A DNA stretch of 43,233 bases, taken from IMG/VR virus record IMGVR_UViG_2516143027_000009. One strand, written 5' to 3'. A program made the position numbers and the translations under genes. This document shows positions 36,342 through 43,233 of this stretch, piece by piece. The DNA is from a virus. Lineage: Duplodnaviria; Heunggongvirae; Uroviricota; Caudoviricetes. Position 1 is the first letter of the stretch; each line of letters begins with the position of its first letter. The notes beneath the pieces are model-generated. The model searched no databases. It saw nothing but the letters and a program-made list of their open reading frames with translations, and was not told the origin of the DNA.

Positions 36342-37376
36342 ATGAGTGAATTATCAATCATCGAAATCACACCAGACATGGCACCAAGAATTTACGTTGA
36401 AAAAGGGCTGGAAAAGTTTCTCGAGCAGATCCGTGAAGGTGTTAATGAAGTGCCTGACATTAGCACAGACAAAGGCAGAAAGCGCATTGCATCTCTGGCT
36501 GCGAAGGTTTCAAGAAGTAAAACAGCGGTAGAAAAACCAGGACGTGATTATCTGAAACGCCTGAAAGAACAGCCGAAAGTAGTTGAAGCAGAGTTACGAC
36601 GCTTCGTAACCGAATGCGATCGGCTTCGTGATGAAGTACGCCGCCCACTCACCGAGTGGGAAAATGCTGAGAAATTACGCACTGAAGCACTGCAACAACG
36701 CCTGACAAATTTGCGAGCACTAGCTGACGTGATCGATCTCTCCGGAAACTACTTGCCATCATCTGATATTCAGGAACGAATTCAAGAGGCTAAATCAGTA
36801 GCACTTGATGAAAGTTGGCAGGAGTACGCAGCAGAAGCTGGAGTAGCCAAGGATTCAACCATCAAGAAACTGGAAGAATCACTCGCAGTAGCTCAAAAAC
36901 GCGAGCATGAAGCCGCTGAGCTGGAGCGACTTCGCAAAGAAGCGGAGGAAAAAGCGCGCATTGAGCGAGAAGAGAATATCCGACGGGAAGCTGCTGAACA
37001 GGCCAGGCTCGAAGCTGAACAAAAAGCGAAAGCTGAAATTGAGGCTGCGGCACGCCTGGCGGCGGAAGAAAAAGCACGTGCTGAAGTAGCAGAACGTCAG
37101 CGAATTGAAGCAGAGCAGCGTGCACGACGCGAAAAAGAAGAAGCCGTTGCCGAGGAACGCCGACGCCAAGAGGCGGCAGAAAAAGCCCGCCTTGACGAAC
37201 AGAAGCGTATCGCCGACGAAGAAGCGCGCCGAGCTGCAGATAAAGAGCATCGCCGTACCGTTAACCGCAGAGTAATCGCAGATCTGATAGCCCAAGGCAT
37301 TCACGAAGAATTCGCGCAGAAAGCAATGTTGGCTATCGCTGGCGGCAAAGTGCAGGACGCGTATATCAAATATTGA
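36342..37376 (+). CDS. Coiled-coil protein with Ala/Glu/Lys/Arg-rich TolA-like repeats
   Basis: 344 aa; globular N-terminal domain followed by a long EAxxKA-type repeat region. Confidence 0.55.
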   Translation: MSELSIIEITPDMAPRIYVEKGLEKFLEQIREGVNEVPDISTDKGRKRIASLAAKVSRSKTAVEKPGRDYLKRLKEQPKVVEAELRRFVTECDRLRDEVRRPLTEWENAEKLRTEALQQRLTNLRALADVIDLSGNYLPSSDIQERIQEAKSVALDESWQEYAAEAGVAKDSTIKKLEESLAVAQKREHEAAELERLRKEAEEKARIEREENIRREAAEQARLEAEQKAKAEIEAAARLAAEEKARAEVAERQRIEAEQRARREKEEAVAEERRRQEAAEKARLDEQKRIADEEARRAADKEHRRTVNRRVIADLIAQGIHEEFAQKAMLAIAGGKVQDAYIKY

Positions 37377-37377
37377 G

Positions 37378-37683
37378 GTGGGTATGAACGTTAATCAGCA
37401 GAAAAATCTTCAAAAAATCATGCTGGCATTCGACAAGGACTACCGCCTGTCAGAACAGCTATATGACCGACAAGTTGAACTGATCGATAGCATCCGGCTT
37501 CATCAACTGGCCTCAACTTTTGACGCTGTAACAGGCAAAGGAGTTCGCCAGGAAGTACTGGAGGCTGCTAAAGACAGCCCTGAGTTCGAAGAACTGATGG
37601 ATGCCTACCGGCGAGAGGCAATGGCAATTATCGCCCGCTGGGATCTGGCGGATCGGATTGATGGGCAGAGGGAAGCGGCATGA
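37378..37683 (+). CDS. Hypothetical protein
   Basis: 101 aa ORF, translationally coupled between the coiled-coil gene and the nuclease gene. Confidence 0.5.
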   Translation: MGMNVNQQKNLQKIMLAFDKDYRLSEQLYDRQVELIDSIRLHQLASTFDAVTGKGVRQEVLEAAKDSPEFEELMDAYRREAMAIIARWDLADRIDGQREAA

Positions 37684-38501
37684 AACCGGGAATTTATTTC
37701 GACATCAGCAATGAGGACTACCACGCCGGTGACGGCGTGAGTAAGTCGCAACTGGACATGGTTGCCAAGAATCCGGCGCTTCTTAAATGGGTTCAGGCAG
37801 CACCAGAAGACGAAGAGAAAAAGTCTGCACTGGATATGGGAACCGCATTGCACTGCCTGCTTCTGGAGCCTGGAGAGTTCGACAAACGCTTCATTGTTTC
37901 ACCGAAATTCGATCGTCGGACGAAACAAGGTAAAGCTGACGAAGAAGCATTTCTTCGTGATGTAGCGGATATGGGGATTACGGTACTTGATGCCGAGCAG
38001 TGGCGGAAACTGGAGCTGATGCGTGATAGCGCAATGGCTCACCCGGCGGCACGCTGGATGCTGGAAGCACCTGGTTACTGCGAAGCATCAATGTACTGGA
38101 ATGATGAAGAGACTGGTGAGTTGTGCCGCATTCGTCCAGACAAATGGCTGAACGAGCACAACGTGATCGTCGACGTGAAAAAGGTTGCAGATATGGACCG
38201 TTTTGCACGCCACATCGAGGAATTCCGCTACCACGTGCAGGACGCAATGTACCGCGAAGGCGCAATGAGGGTTACTGGTCAGCCGCATGGTTTTTTCTTT
38301 CTTGCCGTGAGCGAAAGCATTGATTGTGGTCGGTATCCGGTACGCGTGTTCGAGCTGGATGCGCCGGATGTCGATGCCGGGCACGCTCTGTTCCGCCGGG
38401 ATCTGAATACCTATCACGAATGCCGCATCAACGATGAGTGGGGCGGAGTGGAAATTATTAAACGCCCTGACTGGGCACGTAAACAGGATATGTACGTATG
38501 A
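37680..38501 (+). CDS. recE: RecE-like exonuclease (PD-(D/E)XK nuclease domain)
   Basis: 273 aa; resembles the C-terminal nuclease domain of exonuclease VIII; immediately upstream of a RecT-like gene with start/stop overlap. Confidence 0.6.
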   Translation: MKPGIYFDISNEDYHAGDGVSKSQLDMVAKNPALLKWVQAAPEDEEKKSALDMGTALHCLLLEPGEFDKRFIVSPKFDRRTKQGKADEEAFLRDVADMGITVLDAEQWRKLELMRDSAMAHPAARWMLEAPGYCEASMYWNDEETGELCRIRPDKWLNEHNVIVDVKKVADMDRFARHIEEFRYHVQDAMYREGAMRVTGQPHGFFFLAVSESIDCGRYPVRVFELDAPDVDAGHALFRRDLNTYHECRINDEWGGVEIIKRPDWARKQDMYV

Positions 38502-39379
38502 GCAATGATATCGCAATCACATCACAACCAGGCGCAACTGTAGGTACTGCTGCGGCAATCTTCAGCCCGGAGGGCATGAATCAACTGGTGCGTTTCGCGG
38601 AGTTGATGTCACAAAGCAAAGCGACTGTACCGAAACATCTTGAAGGCAAACCTGCCGATTGTCTGGCGGTGACCATGCAGGCGGCACAGTGGGGAATGAA
38701 CCCTTTCGCCGTGGCGCAGAAAACGCATGTGGTAAACGGAACGTTAGGCTACGAAGCACAGTTGGTAAACGCGGTCGTATCCTCTTCCAGCCTGCTAGCG
38801 ACACGCCTGAATTATCGCTGGAGCGGTGACTGGTCGAATGTTAACGGCAAAACAGATAAATCACCGAATCTGACGGTAACTGTGTCAGCAGTTCTTAAAG
38901 GAGAAGCAGAACCCCGTGAGCTTACCATCAGTATGGCGCAAGCCGGAGTGCGTAACTCTCCATTGTGGGAACAGGATCCGCGCCAGCAGCTTGCCTATCT
39001 TTGCACGAAACGATGGGCTCGCCTGCACGCTCCTGATGTGCTTCTCGGTGTTTACACCCCTGACGAATTACAGGAAACGGCACCGCGCGTTGAGCGAGAC
39101 ATTACTCCGCAAACGACTACTGCTGCGGGAATGAACAGTCTGATCAACGCTAAACCAGTGAAAAAGCATGATGAGCAAACGCGTAAAGCGGATAGCCGTG
39201 ATCCAGAAGAAATGCTGATGGCCTTTACCAGCGCAGCGATGAATTACAGCACTGTCTCCGAACTGGATAAGGCTTACAAATACATTGCACAAAAACTTTC
39301 AGATGATGACGAACTGCTGGCAAAAGCCACCGACGTTTACAGCGTTCGTCGGGAAGAATTAAACGAAACATCTATGTAA
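38498..39379 (+). CDS. recT: RecT-family single-strand annealing recombinase
   Basis: 293 aa; conserved RecT-like central region (QAAQWGMNPF...GYEAQLVN); paired with the nuclease gene. Confidence 0.7.
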   Translation: MSNDIAITSQPGATVGTAAAIFSPEGMNQLVRFAELMSQSKATVPKHLEGKPADCLAVTMQAAQWGMNPFAVAQKTHVVNGTLGYEAQLVNAVVSSSSLLATRLNYRWSGDWSNVNGKTDKSPNLTVTVSAVLKGEAEPRELTISMAQAGVRNSPLWEQDPRQQLAYLCTKRWARLHAPDVLLGVYTPDELQETAPRVERDITPQTTTAAGMNSLINAKPVKKHDEQTRKADSRDPEEMLMAFTSAAMNYSTVSELDKAYKYIAQKLSDDDELLAKATDVYSVRREELNETSM

Positions 39380-39428
39380 CCACCACCGCGGCGCCACACG
39401 CGCCGCACTGCAACCAAGAGAGGTATTT

Positions 39429-39677
39429 ATGAAAGGTGCATTAGGTAAGAAGGAACTCCTGGCGGTGGTGCCACTGTCATGGAGCACTATCGACCGTATG
39501 GAGCGCGCAGGGGAATTTCCTAAACGCTGGTATATCACTGACAAACGCTGCGCATGGAACCGTGACGAAGTTGAGCGTTGGCTTGATGAACGTCAGGCAG
39601 CAAGCCCGGCAGAGTTCCAGGGTAAAAAACCTCCTGTTCAGCAACGTGTATATCGTCCCGTGAGCAACGCTGCATGA
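39429..39677 (+). CDS. AlpA-family transcriptional regulator or excisionase-like protein
   Basis: 82 aa; HTH region LSWSTIDRMERAGEFPKRWYITDKRCAWNRDEVERWL typical of AlpA/Xis-like proteins. Confidence 0.65.
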   Translation: MKGALGKKELLAVVPLSWSTIDRMERAGEFPKRWYITDKRCAWNRDEVERWLDERQAASPAEFQGKKPPVQQRVYRPVSNAA

Positions 39678-39791
39678 GTGCGCTGCTAAGGCACTGGATC
39701 AAATGGTCAGGATGGTACTTATTCCTGGCCTCTGTTTCAGCATGGCTTTATCTGCTGGCATTAATTTTCAGAGAGGGTTGGATTAAGTGAG
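39675..39791 (+). CDS. Small hydrophobic membrane peptide (38 aa)
   Basis: ATGA overlap with the AlpA-like stop; single TM helix WYLFLASVSAWLYLLALIF; below the ORF-track cutoff. Confidence 0.3.
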
Positions 39792-40086
39792 AAAGTTAAG
39801 CCGACTTGAAAAATATCACATGAATAAGGTTTCAATGCGCAGTCCGTCAAAGATTGTCGCCGTTACTCCTGCGGCGATAGAGATCGAAAAACGCGCGATT
39901 GAAAGAGAGAAAAAAGGGCAGTTCCGCATTGCCGCTCACCTTTGGCTTCAGTGTATGGATGTTGCTTCTGGTGATGTTGAGCGTGCAAGGATCGCGGTTC
40001 GCAGGGACCAATGTATCACAAAAGGTAACGGCCTTCGCCGTGGAGACTATAGCGGTATAGGATGTTGCGGGGTGGTTTATGACTAA
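39787..40086 (+). CDS. Hypothetical protein
   Basis: 99 aa ORF (GTG start, alternative ATG at 39820) overlapping neighbours. Confidence 0.4.
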   Translation: MRKLSRLEKYHMNKVSMRSPSKIVAVTPAAIEIEKRAIEREKKGQFRIAAHLWLQCMDVASGDVERARIAVRRDQCITKGNGLRRGDYSGIGCCGVVYD

Positions 40087-40729
40087 GAAATACACACTAA
40101 TCTATGCAGATCCACCCTGGGTATACCGGGACAAAGCCGCAGATGGTAATCGCGGTGCCGGTTTTAAATATCCGGTTATGAGTGTGATGGATATCTGCCG
40201 CCTTCCTGTGTGGGATTTGGCCGATGAAAACTGTCTGTTGGCCATGTGGTGGGTGCCAACACAACCACTCGAAGCACTAAAAGTTGTTGAAGCCTGGGGG
40301 TTCCGTCTGATGACCATGAAGGGCTTCACGTGGATAAAATGTGGTAGTCGACAACCAGATAAACTGGTTATGGGTATGGGACACATGACTCGCGCCAATA
40401 GTGAAGATTGCCTGTTTGCAGTTAAGGGAAAACTACCTCCGCGCATTAATGCAGGGATCGTTCAGTCATTTACCGCACCGCGGCTTGAGCATTCAAGAAA
40501 ACCAGATGTCGTTCGTGAAAAACTTGTGCAATTGTTAGGCGATGTTTCTCGCATTGAACTGTTCGCCCGCCAGACGTCTCATGGCTTCGATGTTTGGGGT
40601 AATCAGTGCGAAGACCCGGCAGTGCAACTACACCCCGGATACGCGTTGGATATTGGCGGATTAACAAATGCATTCAGCAATGCTCCGCTGTCACCAACAG
40701 ACAACCAGGGACGGGAGCGTGCAGCATGA
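40079..40729 (+). CDS. MT-A70-family DNA N6-adenine methyltransferase
   Basis: Catalytic motif DPPW near the N-terminus (IYADPPWVY); 216 aa. Confidence 0.75.
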   Translation: MTKKYTLIYADPPWVYRDKAADGNRGAGFKYPVMSVMDICRLPVWDLADENCLLAMWWVPTQPLEALKVVEAWGFRLMTMKGFTWIKCGSRQPDKLVMGMGHMTRANSEDCLFAVKGKLPPRINAGIVQSFTAPRLEHSRKPDVVREKLVQLLGDVSRIELFARQTSHGFDVWGNQCEDPAVQLHPGYALDIGGLTNAFSNAPLSPTDNQGRERAA

Positions 40730-40974
40730 AGCAGATTATGGTTGCACACAACGGCGTCAGGTTTGAAGTCGTCATGGTTTTGACTAAGTTCCACAATGAT
40801 GAGGTATTGCACAGAAAAGAAACTGTAACTTACCGTTATAAACACCGCAGTTCAGCTGTTAGAAAATTACGGAAGATTGCGGAAGAACTAAAAAATGATC
40901 CTCATCGTGTTATTGAGGTAAAAGGCAACCCATATAAAATCAAAACTTCAGTGGAGCTAAGACATATGCAATAA
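40726..40974 (+). CDS. Hypothetical small basic protein
   Basis: ATGA overlap with the methyltransferase stop; 82 aa. Confidence 0.45.
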   Translation: MKQIMVAHNGVRFEVVMVLTKFHNDEVLHRKETVTYRYKHRSSAVRKLRKIAEELKNDPHRVIEVKGNPYKIKTSVELRHMQ

Positions 40975-41097
40975 AATCACGCCTGACGAATCGCGATTAT
41001 CTCGCTATTGGTATTGCAGAGATTGCTGGACTCAATGGCGCATGATTTGACAATGCCGCCAGAGCTATCGCATACTGACCGCACTAGAAAACAAACA

Positions 41098-41135
41098 GCG
41101 GTCATCCGCACCCGATAGCTTTGCGGCTTTTTTAT
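41098..41135 (+). terminator. Rho-independent terminator ending the early-left operon
   Basis: Hairpin around CCGCA...TGCGG followed by CTTTTTT. Confidence 0.5.
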
Positions 41136-41298
41136 GCCTGCAATCTGGCATAGTCACATCCGTACAAAGGTCGGGTGGAGAGGCGTAATACAACACCCGA
41201 AAGGGGAATATGCCCGGAGCTACTGTTTGTGCTCTAGTTGACACCCGATCACCAGCTACTAACTGGTTTTCGTAACTAAAAACAAACAGGAGGTCATC

Positions 41299-41949
41299 AT
41301 GACCAGTCAACTCATCCCCGTATTCAACGGCACTATATCCAACGAAACCGCTCTTCTCGTTAATGCCCGTGATTTACACACTTTCCTCGATGTGGGTAAG
41401 CGATTTGCTTCGTGGATTGTCGAACGAATTGCTGAATATGGTTTCGTTGAAAATCAAGACTTTATGATTATTTCCCAAGTTCGGGAAAAAATAGGCAGAG
41501 GCCGTCCTGCAAAAGACTACCACCTCACCCTCGATACAGCCAAAGAGCTGGCGATGGTCGAGCGTAATGAAAAAGGTCGTCAGGTACGACGCTACTTCAT
41601 TGAATGCGAGAAACGTTTAAGACAACAAGAAACAAAAGTGGAGAAGGTCTTGTCAGGCTTCATGCCCGCCATTATGGAGGCGATCAAGCTGGAAGACAAA
41701 AAAGAATACAGTGCCCCACTGAAGCCCGGCTACCGCAGCCTGATTCACTCGCCGTCTGGTGTTCTCGGCCTGACGGAGCACTCACTGCTGATGAATCTGC
41801 TGAACCAGTTACAGGACGACGGGCACGACGTATCGGGCGCGGCGGCGGAGCTGACCACCATGTTCTGCTACATCGTCGGTGTGAGCAAATGCCTGCGTGA
41901 TATCCAGACTCACGCGGAGTACATCAACGACAAGGCAGGGTTCTTCTGA
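41299..41949 (+). CDS. Antirepressor-like protein, AntA-type N-terminal domain fused to the shared C-terminal module
   Basis: RBS CAGGAGG; N-terminal segment NARDLHTFLDVGKRFASWIVERIAEYGFVENQDF resembles AntA/AntB-type domains (from memory); C-terminal 80 aa near-identical to the 8108 and 9930 products. Confidence 0.65.
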   Translation: MTSQLIPVFNGTISNETALLVNARDLHTFLDVGKRFASWIVERIAEYGFVENQDFMIISQVREKIGRGRPAKDYHLTLDTAKELAMVERNEKGRQVRRYFIECEKRLRQQETKVEKVLSGFMPAIMEAIKLEDKKEYSAPLKPGYRSLIHSPSGVLGLTEHSLLMNLLNQLQDDGHDVSGAAAELTTMFCYIVGVSKCLRDIQTHAEYINDKAGFF

Positions 41950-41970
41950 CAGAACGGCGGCACAGGGATG
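41706..41970 (+). repeat. Copy C of the ~260-bp repeat (direct with copy A)
   Basis: Near-identical DNA including about 20 bp after the stop codon. Confidence 0.8.
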
Positions 41971-41982
41971 TGTCGGGCAAAA

Positions 41983-43233
41983 TTATTCCCCCGCTATCCA
42001 CTTCTCAAACTTCGACGGGGAGAACGGAATCAGATCTGTATGCTCCCCGTTAATCCAGGAATCAATCATATCGGCCCACTGCTGCAACATGTAGGCGCGC
42101 TGTCTGGCGTATTCCGCTTTGTTATATACGGCGCGCACACCTTTCTGCTCATGTGCCAGAGCCTTTTCAATCCAGTCTGAAGGATAACCAGCCTCATGCA
42201 ACAACGTACTGGCTGTACGGCGCATATCATGTACAGTGAAGTCCTGAATATGCTCACCATCTTCATTTATTATTTTCACCGTTCTGTCGATCAGAGAGTT
42301 CAGCGCGGCATTAGATAATGGCTTCCGGAAATTGTAACGACCAGGAACCAGATATTCACTTCCACCAGCGCACATCTGCAACCCGACCAATATATCCTGT
42401 GCCTGTTTAGGCAGGTAAATAACGTGCGCCCGGCTTCCCTTCATGCGGTCTGGAGGAATTGTCCATGTCCATTTTTTAAAATCTATTTCATCCCACGTTG
42501 CATTGGTGAATTCGCCCTTACGAACCATAGTGATAAGCACCAGTTTTAAAGCCATTTTCATAGTGCCCATAGCACCAATGGCATCCAGCGTACGGAAGAA
42601 CAGGCCAATTTCTTCTGGTGTCAGTGTTCGCTCTCGTGGTTTAAATATGGCGATAGACGAAGGTTTAATGTCAGCCGCAGGATTAAACAAACCATGACCA
42701 CGGTCATTGGCGTGACGGTATACGCTGCTGATGATCTCCCTTGCCTGTACTGCTGTTGCCCGACCACCGCGTTCGACAATCCGGTCACACAAATCACGAA
42801 CCATCGATGTGGTAATTTCAGCCATCATTTTGTTGCCAAGAACCGGAAGTATGTCACGGTCGATCACTGCCTGCTTCATTGCGCGGGTACTTTCAGCCAG
42901 GATGACGTGTTTCATATAACTGTCGGTATGTACCGCAAACGTCTCGGCACCACGAATCTTTTTGATACCGTCACGTTTAGCCGCAGCCGGCGACTGGCCT
43001 GCTTTAAGCAGCTTCTTTGCAGCAATCAGTTCTTCTCGCGCTTCTGCCAGGCTGATACCGTCACGCCCATACTGCCCGATTACCAGTGTTTCGCGGCGAC
43101 CGTTGATACGGTAGTCATAGCGAAACGAGACCGTGCCTGACGTAAGCACAGCTACATACAGCCCGTCACGATCGGAGACCTTGTACAGTTTGTCCTGCGG
43201 CTTGAGGTTTTTTAATTTTGTATCGGTAAGCAC
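41983..43233 (-). CDS. int: Tyrosine integrase (P4-like), 5' end cut by the window edge
   Basis: N-terminal DUF4102-like arm-binding region (LTDTKLKNLKPQDKLYKVSDRDGLYV...), catalytic core with HDMRRT and C-terminal Tyr; the ORF reaches the window end without a clear start. Confidence 0.85.
   Translation of the reverse strand: MLTDTKLKNLKPQDKLYKVSDRDGLYVAVLTSGTVSFRYDYRINGRRETLVIGQYGRDGISLAEAREELIAAKKLLKAGQSPAAAKRDGIKKIRGAETFAVHTDSYMKHVILAESTRAMKQAVIDRDILPVLGNKMMAEITTSMVRDLCDRIVERGGRATAVQAREIISSVYRHANDRGHGLFNPAADIKPSSIAIFKPRERTLTPEEIGLFFRTLDAIGAMGTMKMALKLVLITMVRKGEFTNATWDEIDFKKWTWTIPPDRMKGSRAHVIYLPKQAQDILVGLQMCAGGSEYLVPGRYNFRKPLSNAALNSLIDRTVKIINEDGEHIQDFTVHDMRRTASTLLHEAGYPSDWIEKALAHEQKGVRAVYNKAEYARQRAYMLQQWADMIDSWINGEHTDLIPFSPSKFEKWIAGE

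Noticed and set aside
36879-37304. 141-aa minus-strand ORF and other ORFs overlapping the coiled-coil gene
   Set aside because: Generated by the repetitive GC-rich sequence of the repeat region on the opposite strand or alternative frames.
1-43233. CRISPR array or cas genes
   Set aside because: No regularly spaced short direct repeats and no Cas-like ORFs; the repeats present are long gene-internal duplications or operator palindromes.

Overview
The window holds two host-like genes at the left edge (1..1071) followed by an almost complete temperate prophage of about 42 kb that runs to the right edge, where a P4-type tyrosine integrase gene is cut off at its 5' end. All calls are by eye from the sequence and ORF track; no searches were run. 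The prophage is mosaic: a T7-like structural gene order on the minus strand (terS, terL, portal, scaffold, capsid, tail tube A and B, internal virion proteins, tailspike) ending in a lysis cassette (two holin-like proteins, GH19 endolysin, nested spanins) next to the host genes; a P22-like immI region (ant, arc, mnt, likely sar-like antisense RNA); and a lambda-like immC region (dual-HTH repressor without a peptidase domain, Cro-like gene, O/P-like replication genes, recE/recT-like genes, MT-A70 methyltransferase). A phage-encoded tRNA-Arg(UCU) sits between portal and terL. The most interesting signals are: (1) a 15-bp palindrome TTACC-N5-GGTAA present in 13 copies, at the OR/OL positions and also scattered in front of accessory and structural operons; (2) a perfect LexA box in front of a small gene that encodes a standalone copy of an ~80-aa module which is also fused to three different antirepressor N-domains, three copies being near-identical at DNA level; (3) several uncharacterised, often AT-rich accessory genes (8964..9596, 11750..12314, 27657..28079, 6982..7710) that are the best candidates for an undescribed exclusion or defence function; (4) a 12-bp perfect palindrome GTGACATGTCAC present three times.
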